Translations under genes and position numbers: made by a program
Notes under the pieces: generated by a model
Seen by the model: the letters and a program-made list of their open reading frames with translations, nothing else
Told to the model about the DNA's origin: nothing
Databases searched by the model: none
Shown: in pieces, positions 20,807-30,441 of the stretch
How the letters are laid out: the number at the start of each line of letters is the position of its first letter
Numbering within the stretch: position 1 is the stretch's first letter
DNA from: a virus
IMG/VR virus record: IMGVR_UViG_3300020048_000054
Coordinates: 45,119-109,118 of that record
Direction: 5' to 3' (one strand)
DNA length: 64,000 nt

Positions 20807-21748
20807 TTAATCAATTCTCATTAAGGTATTAGCTGTCTCTATTGTATCTCCAAGTAAGATATTAGCTTTATTTATCACGAATGGGACAGTTTCTGAGTTT
20901 ATAATATTCAATTTAATCTTGTTGTAATATTCCGAAATAAACACATCTTCTTTATTCTTAACTCTAATACCTGTTACCGCTAAATTGTTTATAATTCTAC
21001 TTAGTATTGTTAATTGAAATGATGTTTTGTCATCTTCATTACAAGTATCCATTATCAATGTACCAAGAATCGGAGTTCCATCGGCTTCTCCAGTTGTTTT
21101 AGTAAAAGGATTCACTGCTCTATTTGATCCATCTATAAACTGTGCTGGTGCTTGTAAAAATGGAGAATATCCAATAATATTAATTGTGGTTGTTGATGTT
21201 GTTAATGGATCACAATAATTAGTTAATTTGATGAAACTGCCACTAGAAGCAGAAGTTATTCTGCGTATTTCAGCAGTAGGCCACACTTGATTAGCAGTGA
21301 ATGCATTAACAATTGGTAAATCGTAATTTTCTTTAATTACGATTTCTTTATAGAAAGGATCCCACGACTCAATAACACCATATGAGTTTTCTGAGAAGTA
21401 TAAGATATCATTTGGTACTATTTCTACATTTTCATAAATGTAATATACTTTTTTATTCTGTAGTTTTTCTAATGCAGATCCAAATGCTTCTTGTTGAATT
21501 GGCCAGTCTCTGTTAACATCATATATTTTATTTACTAATAACAATAACCAGTAGTATTTAAATTCTTTATAGATTTCGTATGATAACTGATCTGGTCTTA
21601 AAACTGTTTCAAATTGCTGTGTTGTGTAGAAACTAGTATTTGCAAAAAAAGATGGTTTGATTGCAATTCTAGAAAAAATGTCAATCACAGAGCGTTCTCC
21701 AGTAGAAAACGGGTATATTATGGTAGGTAATTTTTCAAAATATGTCAT
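20807..21748 (-). CDS. gp53: Baseplate wedge protein gp53
   Basis: MTYFEKLPTIIY, RPDQLSYEIY...YYWLLLLVNKIYD..DWP. Confidence 0.85.
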   Translation of the reverse strand: MTYFEKLPTIIYPFSTGERSVIDIFSRIAIKPSFFANTSFYTTQQFETVLRPDQLSYEIYKEFKYYWLLLLVNKIYDVNRDWPIQQEAFGSALEKLQNKKVYYIYENVEIVPNDILYFSENSYGVIESWDPFYKEIVIKENYDLPIVNAFTANQVWPTAEIRRITSASSGSFIKLTNYCDPLTTSTTTINIIGYSPFLQAPAQFIDGSNRAVNPFTKTTGEADGTPILGTLIMDTCNEDDKTSFQLTILSRIINNLAVTGIRVKNKEDVFISEYYNKIKLNIINSETVPFVINKANILLGDTIETANTLMRID

Positions 21749-22566
21749 TATAGTTCTTTGTTGGGTTTACCACCGCTAGTATATGATGCTCTACTTCGAC
21801 TTACGATACTTTCGTGATCAGAACCTTCCATCAATGACCATGTTCTCATTGATGGCTCTATTTCGGTAAAAGATACAGTGATATCTAATCCCAAAAAGTA
21901 ATCATTGGTTGTTAAAACTGGACCAAGTTTATCTAATCGATTTATAGACACATTACTTAAAACAGATAATCCTATATTATTACTAAGCACTTTAGAGTTT
22001 CCTTTTCCACCATTAGGAACAATTTTAATATCCCACATCGGTGGTGGTTTTGTCTGAACGTCCGAGAAAAGAAAAGGATATAATCTGGTTTGGAATCCAT
22101 TTGCTATTGTATCTAAATTTATTGCATCTTTAGCATTTTTTGCATATAAACTAAATCCAAAACTGTGTACACGTTTTGCTGTGTTTTTGAAACCAAGATC
22201 ACTCAATGAAGTTTGTACCATGCCCTCACCCATAGCTCCAGCTATTGTATCAGCTATAATATTCCCACCCAAACTAGAACCTATACTTCTTATTTTTTGA
22301 AAATCTCCAGTTAAAGCATCTCGTATTCCACCGAATATCATATCACTTTTGCTTGGTTCAGCATCTTCATAACTTGCTACGTTTGGTGCAGCATATCTTT
22401 GAAGAGGGAGGATATAGTTATCGTTAGGATCTTTAGATTCTTCGAAATTAACTCGGTATTTTGCTAGAGTATTAAATGAAGTACACCTAAATCTTACCCA
22501 AGCAGCAACTTGTTTGTCATAAATAGCAATATCAGACGAATTTGGATCTGGAAACTGTATAGCCAT
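21748..22566 (-). CDS. gp48: Baseplate tail-tube cap gp48-like
   Basis: F...RVHSFGFSLYAKN, YP...PPMWDIK, VLSNVSIN and VSFTEIE motifs; adjacent to gp53. Confidence 0.7.
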   Translation of the reverse strand: MAIQFPDPNSSDIAIYDKQVAAWVRFRCTSFNTLAKYRVNFEESKDPNDNYILPLQRYAAPNVASYEDAEPSKSDMIFGGIRDALTGDFQKIRSIGSSLGGNIIADTIAGAMGEGMVQTSLSDLGFKNTAKRVHSFGFSLYAKNAKDAINLDTIANGFQTRLYPFLFSDVQTKPPPMWDIKIVPNGGKGNSKVLSNNIGLSVLSNVSINRLDKLGPVLTTNDYFLGLDITVSFTEIEPSMRTWSLMEGSDHESIVSRSRASYTSGGKPNKEL

Positions 22567-22575
22567 TTAAAATTT

Positions 22576-23016
22576 ATGCCTTATAAGAGTAAGTTTAATC
22601 CCAAAAACCCACAAAAATATATTGGCAATTCTGCCAACATCATATGTAGATCACTTTGGGAAAGAACTTTCTGTAAATATTTAGACGAAAACCAAAATAT
22701 TCTGAGATGGTCTAGTGAAGAATTGGTTATTCCCTATGTTTCCCCCATTGATGACAAAATACACAGATATTATCCAGATTTCCTGTTTGAGATGAAAAAG
22801 AACAATATGGTAGAAACTCTGGTGGTTGAAATTAAACCAGCAAAGCAAACAGAAGAACCAATAAGAGGAAAAAAGAGTAAAAAAACATTCCTCACAGAGA
22901 CTGTGCAATTTCAGATAAATAAGTCTAAGTGGGAATCAGCAAAAAAATTATGTCATGCGAATGGGTGGAAATTTGTGGTTTTGACGGAAAAAGACTTATT
23001 CAAAGGAAAGAAATAA
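22576..23016 (+). CDS. gp4: Head completion nuclease gp4
   Basis: MPYKSKFNPKNPQKYIGN..IICRSLWER...WSSEE...YYPDF...VEIKP...NKSKW; start re-set to ATG 22576. Confidence 0.92.
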   Translation: MPYKSKFNPKNPQKYIGNSANIICRSLWERTFCKYLDENQNILRWSSEELVIPYVSPIDDKIHRYYPDFLFEMKKNNMVETLVVEIKPAKQTEEPIRGKKSKKTFLTETVQFQINKSKWESAKKLCHANGWKFVVLTEKDLFKGKK

Positions 23017-23613
23017 ATGGCTAGTCCCCTACATGACGGAACTCCAGCGGGATTGATGGAATATATCAGCAAAAATAATGGGCTACAGCATGCCTCTCGT
23101 TTTAGAGTGTCAATACAAAGAAATGGAGAACAGATAGATGAACCGCACATATTTTTATGTGGACTTGCTCAGATTCCCACTGCTAAGATTAAAATATACC
23201 AAGATGTATTATCTGGATCTGCTTCGATAATTCCAATTCCATATGGCATTGAATACTCAGGAAATCTCCTAGAATTTATGATAGAAGAATCTTGGGCAAG
23301 CAGACGTTACTTCGAAGACTGGCAATCTTCTATATTTGCAAAATCTGGTGGTATAATTGATCCAGTACCAGTATTCAACAATAGAGTTAGATTTTATGAA
23401 GATGTTATTGGAAAAGTGGAAATAGAAGCAATATCTATTGCTAACAACATAGATACAACACCACTCAAATATGAATTATATGGCTGCATACCAATGGAAA
23501 TTGTCCCAACTCAATTTGAATCATTAAACGGATTCAACAATGTGTTAAAATTTAGTGTTAATATGATTTATCGTTACTATAAAGTACAAAAAGAACAAAA
23601 AACCTCAGATTGA
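23017..23613 (+). CDS. Tail tube-family protein (gp54/gp19-like tube initiator)
   Basis: IPYG...RRYFEDWQ, FYEDVIGKVEI, YELYGCIP and FSVNMIYRYY pattern. Confidence 0.7.
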   Translation: MASPLHDGTPAGLMEYISKNNGLQHASRFRVSIQRNGEQIDEPHIFLCGLAQIPTAKIKIYQDVLSGSASIIPIPYGIEYSGNLLEFMIEESWASRRYFEDWQSSIFAKSGGIIDPVPVFNNRVRFYEDVIGKVEIEAISIANNIDTTPLKYELYGCIPMEIVPTQFESLNGFNNVLKFSVNMIYRYYKVQKEQKTSD

Positions 23614-23627
23614 AAGTGAATTAGCTT

Positions 23628-24365
23628 ATGTTAAAAGAATTATTGATTGAAAATACCCCAAAGTACACTCAGATTTTACCATTTTCTCAGACAAGAGTGA
23701 CATATCGTCCATTTGTAGTCCGTGAAGAAAAAAGTTTGATGATTTCTAAGGAAACTGCAGGATTTGAAGACTTAATGATGACAATACGAAATGTCATCAA
23801 TAATTGCACGACAAATCTACCAAATGACGATTGCAAAAACTTGCCATTTTGTGATTTGGAGTATCTTTTTATAAAAATTAGAGAAAAATCTGTAGGAGAG
23901 TCTGTTGTTTGCAACATCACCTGTCCAGTAACCAAAGAAGTGGTGCAGACTACGATGGATCTGCAAAAAGTAAAAATCACTAGCAAGAAATCGGAAAGCA
24001 AACTACGAATTGATTCAAATATTTCTGTAGTTCTACAGCAACCAACAATGCAAACATACTTGACTCTCAATAAGTATGAAGTTAAACAGGAAGAAGATGG
24101 TGTTTTAGAGTTATTGGCTCTGTGTATCTCTGAAATTCATTCAAGTGACGAGATTTATTACACAAAAGATCTACCACACACAGAAGTTCTTCAGTTTGTT
24201 GAGTCACTAACTGCAAAACAATTCTCAATACTGTTGAATTTTATAAAAAATATTCCAACAATAGAAGTATCAATAGATTATGTGACATCTGATAAGGTAA
24301 AACGGTCAATTATATTGCGAGGATTTACCGATTTTTTAGAATTATTCTTGGTTATGCATCTCTGA
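23628..24365 (+). CDS. gp26: Baseplate hub assembly protein gp26
   Basis: PKY..LP...YRPFVVREEK, DLEYLFIKIREKSVGE..CP, C-terminal LRGFTDF. Confidence 0.88.
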   Translation: MLKELLIENTPKYTQILPFSQTRVTYRPFVVREEKSLMISKETAGFEDLMMTIRNVINNCTTNLPNDDCKNLPFCDLEYLFIKIREKSVGESVVCNITCPVTKEVVQTTMDLQKVKITSKKSESKLRIDSNISVVLQQPTMQTYLTLNKYEVKQEEDGVLELLALCISEIHSSDEIYYTKDLPHTEVLQFVESLTAKQFSILLNFIKNIPTIEVSIDYVTSDKVKRSIILRGFTDFLELFLVMHL

Positions 24366-24514
24366 GTGTTATTTTGCAGTTAAACTTTCAATTGATATTT
24401 GAACACAAGTTACCGATTGATGGGATTGAAAGAATGCTGCCGTGGGAACGAAATATCTTTATGGATATGATGAAAGATTATATCGAAAAACAAAATGAAG
24501 CTATGAGAAAATAA
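24335..24514 (+). CDS. gp51: gp51-like baseplate hub assembly catalyst (in the -1 frame of gp26; probably a frameshift fusion)
   Basis: Hand translation: FRIILGYASLSVILQLNFQLIFEHKLPIDGIERMLPWERNIFMDMMKDYIEKQNEAMRK*. NF.L..EH...IE.M.PWER is the gp51 signature. No ATG precedes the conserved part. Confidence 0.75.
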   Translation, partial: FRIILGYASLSVILQLNFQLIFEHKLPIDGIERMLPWERNIFMDMMKDYIEKQNEAMRK

Positions 24515-24517
24515 CCC

Positions 24518-26431
24518 ATGAAACCAGAACATACCAAGAACATAAAAAAATTCATCAAGAAGTACAAATCTATACTAAAACTTCCATTCATGAATAAGTT
24601 TTCAGATGAACCTAATGCAGAAGCTATAGGTAAGCCAATGGTAGAGATTTTACCTAGTATTGATCGCATTTCAGAAGAAGATAATACAGGTATTGCTAAG
24701 CTTGCTGCAAAATATGATCCAACTGCTAAAGTTTCTGGTGGTTTTGGAAAATCTCCTATTGTGACCATATTGAATTCTGGCAATAAGAAAGAAGCAGCTC
24801 TAACTGGAGAGGTGAAGAGTGATGGTCCAGAAACTATCGTAAGAACTCTTTCTGGAAAATCAGATTCTGTAATTCCATATTCGTATTTAAAACCAACAGA
24901 TACTCCTAGAGTTATGTCTGGCGGTAATAAGCTTATATCTCCTCCTGAAAAATCAAATTCTGTAATTCCATATTCGTATTTAAAACCAACAGATACTCCT
25001 AGAGTTATGTCTGGCGGTAATAAGCTTATATCTCCTCCTGAAAAATCAAATTCTGTAATTCCATATTCGTATTTAAAACCAACAGATACTCCTAGAGTTA
25101 TGTCTGGCGGTAATAAGCTTATATCTCTACCAAAAACAGATGTAAAGAAGTTAGTAGATCTATCATTAACAAATCAGATTACTAATAAGATTATAAAGAC
25201 GAAGAACAACGAATATACATTAAAAATACCGGAATATGGTATTGGTAAAAATATAATATCTGGATTGATGAGCGTTGTTAAAGCGGCCAAACCAGCAGTA
25301 AAAAACGCAGCAAAAAATTTCGGAACAATTGGTGATAAATTAAATCCATTAACTGATGCGTTGAAATCTGCAAAAAAAATGGGAATGTCTTTAATTTCAC
25401 AAACACAGAGAGATGAATCCAGCTCTACGTCTCCTGTGTCTTCAAATCCCGCAACACCACCTGTTGTCACTAATGAATATCCTGCTCAGGCTGTAAAGGG
25501 AAATCCAGTCTCTGCGGCTGCTGCGGCTGCTCCTGCGGCTGCTCCTGCGGCTGCTGCTCCTGCAGTTTCTGCTGCTTCTACTACTACGTCTGCTGCGGCC
25601 GCTGCTCCTACTCCTACAGCTGCTGCTCCTACGGCTGCTGCTCCTACGGCTGCTGCTCCTACTCCTGCGGCCGCTGCTCCTACTCCTGTGGCTGCTAGTG
25701 GTTCAATATCAACAGCAACTGAACCAGCTAAGGGTCCTGAAACAAAAATTGAATCAAACTTTGACAATGGAGTAGGATCAGATCCGCAACAGGCGCAAGC
25801 AGCAGCAGAAGAAACATTAAAAACAGCGGACATCCCAGAAGAAGCAGGAGCAGGTGCCGCTAGAGGAATTGCAGGAATTGTTGATGCAGTTACTACAGTT
25901 GCTCAGGTAGCAGGAACTATTGCTACAGGTGGTGTTGGAGGAGCTGCTTTTGGTGCATTGAAGGGAGTTGGAGCAATGGCTGGTGGTGCTAGTAAAGTTG
26001 CAGGAGGTTTGGGTAAAGTTTCAAAACTTGCAGGAGCAATGCCTGGTGGTGGTGGCGAAGGCGGCGGTGGTGGCGGTGGGGGAATGGGAGTGCCTGGGGG
26101 TGGTATGGGTTCTATGCTAGGAGGCGGTGGGAATGCTGCTCTTGCTGGAGGAGCATTAGCTGCAGTGGGAGGAATTGCAGCAGGAGTTGGTGGGGTTGCG
26201 GCGGGAATAGGTAGTGCAGTTGGAGGACTTGCAGGGGCATATGCTACTGTGGGTGGTAAACTAATAGATGCAGTATTTGGAGGAAACGATAAGAAAGAAT
26301 CTGTGTCTGTATCAAATGATGCTAGATCTAATGCTACCATTGTAAACTCAGTATCTAATCAATACGACGTATACAGAAAAACTGCAGATGATTCATTCAT
26401 GTTACCAAATTACAGAAGAGAATATGGTTAA
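24518..26431 (+). CDS. Low-complexity Ala/Pro/Gly-rich protein, candidate tape-measure (gp29-position) protein
   Basis: 637 aa directly after gp26/gp51; AAAP(T) repeats, a Gly-zipper hydrophobic stretch and an internal 31-aa repeat. Confidence 0.45.
   Translation: MKPEHTKNIKKFIKKYKSILKLPFMNKFSDEPNAEAIGKPMVEILPSIDRISEEDNTGIAKLAAKYDPTAKVSGGFGKSPIVTILNSGNKKEAALTGEVKSDGPETIVRTLSGKSDSVIPYSYLKPTDTPRVMSGGNKLISPPEKSNSVIPYSYLKPTDTPRVMSGGNKLISPPEKSNSVIPYSYLKPTDTPRVMSGGNKLISLPKTDVKKLVDLSLTNQITNKIIKTKNNEYTLKIPEYGIGKNIISGLMSVVKAAKPAVKNAAKNFGTIGDKLNPLTDALKSAKKMGMSLISQTQRDESSSTSPVSSNPATPPVVTNEYPAQAVKGNPVSAAAAAAPAAAPAAAAPAVSAASTTTSAAAAAPTPTAAAPTAAAPTAAAPTPAAAAPTPVAASGSISTATEPAKGPETKIESNFDNGVGSDPQQAQAAAEETLKTADIPEEAGAGAARGIAGIVDAVTTVAQVAGTIATGGVGGAAFGALKGVGAMAGGASKVAGGLGKVSKLAGAMPGGGGEGGGGGGGGMGVPGGGMGSMLGGGGNAALAGGALAAVGGIAAGVGGVAAGIGSAVGGLAGAYATVGGKLIDAVFGGNDKKESVSVSNDARSNATIVNSVSNQYDVYRKTADDSFMLPNYRREYG
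24865..25127 (+). repeat. 93-bp tandem repeat (about 2.8 copies) encoding SVIPYSYLKPTDTPRVMSGGNKLISPPEKSN
   Basis: Near-identical units start at 24866, 24959 and 25052. Confidence 0.95.
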
Positions 26432-26434
26432 ATA

Positions 26435-26462
26435 AAAGAACCCCATCTCGGTGGGGTTCTTT
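26435..26462. terminator. Bidirectional intrinsic terminator
   Basis: aaagaacccca-tctcgg-tggggttcttt hairpin between convergent genes. Confidence 0.8.
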
Positions 26463-26489
26463 CTTAAGATTAACTAATTACAAATTATC

Positions 26490-27422
26490 TCAGTCGCCAG
26501 CTAGCTTTTGGAAGTACGAGAGAGAATCCATTTCCTCTCCTGGCTCATCTGTTGGAGATGGCTCTTGCTTCTTACCCGAAGTCTTACCACGACTCTTAGC
26601 AGCCTTCTCTTCCTTGCTGTCGAATGGAGTCTCAATAGTCTCATCTTCTGCACGACTTTGATTATCCATAACGCCAGATCGAACATCGTCTCCAAGAATC
26701 TCATACAGACGAGTCTTCAGAGTTGCATAGTCCTTGAAGTTCTTTGGAGAAACAAACTCATTAAGAGGATATTGCTTGTTCCAAATTGCTTCCAACTTTG
26801 CATCATCTCCACCAAGTAGAGGAGATGCAGGAGAAAATTCTGACTTGTCGTAGTTGGTATAACCAGCCACCTTACGAATCTTCAATTTGAAGTCAGCACC
26901 TGCCCAGAAGTTAAACGGATCCATTGCACTCTCATCCTTGAATTCTGGATACATTGCTTCCTTGATCTTATCAAAGATCTTGATGCCATACTTGAAGAGG
27001 AATACCTTTCCTTCGTTCTGTGGATTGGATTCATCCTTGATTACAAGAATGTTGGAAATGTAAGACAACTTACGCTTGCGCTCACGAGCAATGTTCTTGT
27101 CTGATTCAATTCCACTATTCCACAATTCGTTATTCAACTCACACACAGGACACTTTGCACCGCTTGTTGTCAAGCAGTTCTCGATGAACCAACCATTCTT
27201 TCCCTGAAAGGCATGAGAGTATAGTTTAATGAATGGAAGTTCTTCCTGCTTCGGTGCTGGCAGAAACCGAATTACTGCATAACCGTTTCCGGACTTATCG
27301 GGTGTAGCACGCCAGAAGCGATCATCCTTATAATCCTTCTTTCCTTCGATACTCTCAAGAGCCTTCGAAAGATCACTGATGCTTGACTTTGCCTTGTTCT
27401 TAAAATCGCTAAATGATGACAT
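26490..27422 (-). CDS. gp32: Single-stranded DNA-binding protein gp32
   Basis: DDRFW..DKSGNGYAVIRFLPAP, HAFQG..GWFIENCLTT...CPVCE, YISNILVIKD, DPFNFW.GADFKLK and acidic tail SYFQKLA. Confidence 0.96.
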   Translation of the reverse strand: MSSFSDFKNKAKSSISDLSKALESIEGKKDYKDDRFWRATPDKSGNGYAVIRFLPAPKQEELPFIKLYSHAFQGKNGWFIENCLTTSGAKCPVCELNNELWNSGIESDKNIARERKRKLSYISNILVIKDESNPQNEGKVFLFKYGIKIFDKIKEAMYPEFKDESAMDPFNFWAGADFKLKIRKVAGYTNYDKSEFSPASPLLGGDDAKLEAIWNKQYPLNEFVSPKNFKDYATLKTRLYEILGDDVRSGVMDNQSRAEDETIETPFDSKEEKAAKSRGKTSGKKQEPSPTDEPGEEMDSLSYFQKLAGD

Positions 27423-27505
27423 TCGTATCCTTTGTGGGATCTACCCACGGTTAAATTTTGACGGGAACTCCCCGCCTCGACATAAGTAATTATAACACAT
27501 AATAC

Positions 27506-27733
27506 TTAAATTGGTAGTTTATTCTTTATTTTTGGTAGAAGATTAATCTGGCGTGCCTCTTCTTGAAGCTTCTCGATGATTGGTTTTGTTAGAAACTTTG
27601 CAGCGGCTTCTGGTTCAATCTCCATGTCTTCAGTGACAGCCATCACGGCTTCCAAGTATGTGCCATTCCACTTGCTTATGTGTATCTCCACTTTTTTACA
27701 AAACTGTTGTTGCTTTTCTGGATCAAATATCAT
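27506..27733 (-). CDS. gp33: Late promoter transcription coactivator gp33
   Basis: 75 aa, F...VE...TYLEAV...IEPEAAAKFL.KPI.EKL..EA..INLL; upstream of gp32 as in T4-like phages. Confidence 0.85.
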   Translation of the reverse strand: MIFDPEKQQQFCKKVEIHISKWNGTYLEAVMAVTEDMEIEPEAAAKFLTKPIIEKLQEEARQINLLPKIKNKLPI

Positions 27734-27786
27734 TTTAGTTCCTATTTCTATGGTTATACATACTTTTACTAATACGGAGAATTTTA

Positions 27787-29046
27787 ATGGCAGACACCGA
27801 TAAAGACCTGACAATTGATGTTTCAGGAAACACCGCAAGTATAGCAACAGATTACTTATATGTCAATGGTATAAGTTCAGATGCTGCACACGTTCAAATA
27901 ACCAAGGTGATGTGGGGTGCAAGCGGAGAAGCATTCCGGGTATCGCAGACTACTCCTCTTCCTGTTAATATTTATTCCACCAATCCAAGTACTATACTAG
28001 GAATATCTGGCTCTGTGTCTGGAACAGTCACTGTGCAGAATAGTGGAACTACTGGTGGCTTTGTATATGTCAAAGGAAGCACTGGATATCAATTACCAGT
28101 CACTGGAAACATTCAAGGAGTGACTAACGGAGTTCTCATCGGTGTTACAGGAACTCTGAAAATTTCTCAACCAATCATAGTTGGTGGAGCTGGTTCTGCT
28201 GGTAACACTGTTAATGCTGTAGCAATTACTGGTGGTAGATATTTCTCATCTTCTACCGACAGTATTACCGTAACAGGATCTGTTGCTGTTAGTGGTGGTA
28301 GATATCTAAACGCAGTCACTGATACTGTATCATGCCTTGGTTCAGATCTTGGTAGTAAAGTTCTCACCAAGCTATTTGATTCTGCTGGTTCGACTTTATC
28401 ATCCACAGCTAATGCTTTAAACGTCTATATGACTAATGCTGGCTTTACTGCAACTGTGAGTATATCTGCCAATACTGGAGTTTCTAACTATAACAACATT
28501 CCTCTTGTTGTTGCAGGAACCACTGGTGGTGGAGCTATTGTTGTAAAGGGCGAAAATGGGGATGCTATCGAAGTCACTGCTACTACTCCTCTTGATGTAA
28601 ATGTAACGAATGATCTATCGATAGATGATACTGCAATAGTTAATGCTCTTACTTTAGAGACGAATCCATTAGTATCGCGCTTGACAGATATCAAAACAAA
28701 CACAGCAGTTATATCTTCGCTCAAGACAGATATAACCAATGGAAATCTTAGAGCTAAGATCTCCGAGATTACTCGACCAGGCAAGGTAGCTAGTGCGACT
28801 AAGACTATAACTCCATCTGCTGGTCAGTTGGAAGCAAACATAACACTCAAGGTTGGAGTTACACTCAAAGCACACAGTACTAACACAGACATTGTTTATG
28901 TTGGTGGATCTGCATTGCTTACTAACACCACCGATGGGTATCCACTAGAAGCTGGTGAAAGTATATTCATAGAGTGTGCTAATGTTAACGGATTGTATGC
29001 CAGATCAGTTACTGGATCACAGAAGTTAAGTTACATCGGTTCATGA
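27787..29046 (+). CDS. Putative virion structural protein (Gly/Thr/Val-rich beta protein)
   Basis: 419 aa; C-terminal GVTLKA..NTDIVYVG...GYPLEAGESIFIE domain seen in phage structural proteins. Confidence 0.55.
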   Translation: MADTDKDLTIDVSGNTASIATDYLYVNGISSDAAHVQITKVMWGASGEAFRVSQTTPLPVNIYSTNPSTILGISGSVSGTVTVQNSGTTGGFVYVKGSTGYQLPVTGNIQGVTNGVLIGVTGTLKISQPIIVGGAGSAGNTVNAVAITGGRYFSSSTDSITVTGSVAVSGGRYLNAVTDTVSCLGSDLGSKVLTKLFDSAGSTLSSTANALNVYMTNAGFTATVSISANTGVSNYNNIPLVVAGTTGGGAIVVKGENGDAIEVTATTPLDVNVTNDLSIDDTAIVNALTLETNPLVSRLTDIKTNTAVISSLKTDITNGNLRAKISEITRPGKVASATKTITPSAGQLEANITLKVGVTLKAHSTNTDIVYVGGSALLTNTTDGYPLEAGESIFIECANVNGLYARSVTGSQKLSYIGS

Positions 29047-29047
29047 T

Positions 29048-30418
29048 ATGTCAGGAATACGAAGAAACACAAAAAGAACATTCACACAGAAAGACAAGAG
29101 ATCATTTCATCTTGTTGGCAGTGATCTGTTCTTTGGATTGGTGTTTGCTTCGAAGCAGAGTTATTACTATAAGGTAAATAGAAACTTAGTAACAACTCCG
29201 TCTTTCACATTCTATAGCAATCAGACTAAAGTAATAATTGATTATAGTAATTCTAAGAACGCAGATGATCTGTCGTATATCGCTTCATTCTTTAATTCTC
29301 TTACTTCAGGAATTACATTTGAATATACCGATACTATCTATGTGAATGATGCATCTGGTACATCAGCTGACCTTTCTGGCATTTATCAGTTCACATCATT
29401 TGAACAAAATAAGTTAATAAAAGCTAACTTAATTTCAAATGCTAGTATGCCCTCTTCTAGAGATTTCTATAATTCTAAATTCTTTACAGACACACCACAG
29501 CTGAATAAATCCGGTGGAGTTTCCGATACTCAACAAAGAACCAATATAATTAAAAATACTATTCCAAATGGATTGTATTCATTTACTCGGTTGGGTGTTG
29601 TGGTTGGTGACTATGTTGATTTTTCTGGAACTGACAATAATAAATGGATGAAGTTAAAAGTAAAAGATCTATTCATCGATACTGATGGCTTTGAATGTAT
29701 TGAAGTAGAATCGGCAATCGCTGATGAGAATCTGATAGGAAATGGTATCCTAGTTAATTTATACTTCGAAGGAGAATCTTCAACAGAAGTCAACTTGAAT
29801 GATAAGACTTATGGAACCTGCGTGCTTACATTTGCAAATGGTTCTAGTAGATGTTTACCATGCCAAAATGCATTTCAATGCACAGATAGATCAGCACAGC
29901 TAAAAGCAGTATCGGCAACATATACTCCATACGTCACCTGCGATGATATCAATTCACTATCAACAACAGTTGCAACAGTTGCATCAACAAATACAACTGC
30001 TGTAGTGCCGACTCCCACCGTTGCTCTAACAACAACCGATGCCACCACAACATTAGCTATATCAAGCACTGTTAGACCTAAAACTACAGTTAAGAATATA
30101 AGTATAAAGCTAGCAACAATAGGCGGAAAACTAACAATAACTCAAGATGGAATAGCATTAAACGAAGTTGCTGTTGGAATTGATACCACTATAAAGATAT
30201 CAACTAGCGATCCGACTTTATTAAATTATTCGTTTGCGTTCTCTTCTACAAATCCAGAAAAAATAGTAACACCAATCGTGGATAATATTATTAATATTGG
30301 AAAGCCAGGAACATCAAGTTCATATATTTCAATACAGACTGGTAAACAAAATAAAGAAATATATCTAACGTCTTCTTCTAATAGAAGTTTGTTCTTTAAA
30401 ATAAAAATAGTTAAATAA
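29048..30418 (+). CDS. Hypothetical, probably virion-associated protein
   Basis: 456 aa ORF coupled to the previous gene; contains a Cys cluster and a Thr-rich linker. Confidence 0.5.
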   Translation: MSGIRRNTKRTFTQKDKRSFHLVGSDLFFGLVFASKQSYYYKVNRNLVTTPSFTFYSNQTKVIIDYSNSKNADDLSYIASFFNSLTSGITFEYTDTIYVNDASGTSADLSGIYQFTSFEQNKLIKANLISNASMPSSRDFYNSKFFTDTPQLNKSGGVSDTQQRTNIIKNTIPNGLYSFTRLGVVVGDYVDFSGTDNNKWMKLKVKDLFIDTDGFECIEVESAIADENLIGNGILVNLYFEGESSTEVNLNDKTYGTCVLTFANGSSRCLPCQNAFQCTDRSAQLKAVSATYTPYVTCDDINSLSTTVATVASTNTTAVVPTPTVALTTTDATTTLAISSTVRPKTTVKNISIKLATIGGKLTITQDGIALNEVAVGIDTTIKISTSDPTLLNYSFAFSSTNPEKIVTPIVDNIINIGKPGTSSSYISIQTGKQNKEIYLTSSSNRSLFFKIKIVK

Positions 30419-30441
30419 AAACACCCCTGTTGCCAGAGGTG
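30414..30441 (-). terminator. Terminator after tmRNA
   Basis: cacctctg-gcaa-caggggtg hairpin followed by a T-run on the minus strand. Confidence 0.75.

Noticed and set aside
24865-25127. 93-bp repeats as a CRISPR-like array
   Set aside because: Head-to-tail in-frame coding repeats with no unique spacers.
25174-26340. Minus-strand Ala/Pro-rich ORFs
   Set aside because: Antisense to low-complexity repeats of 24518..26431.
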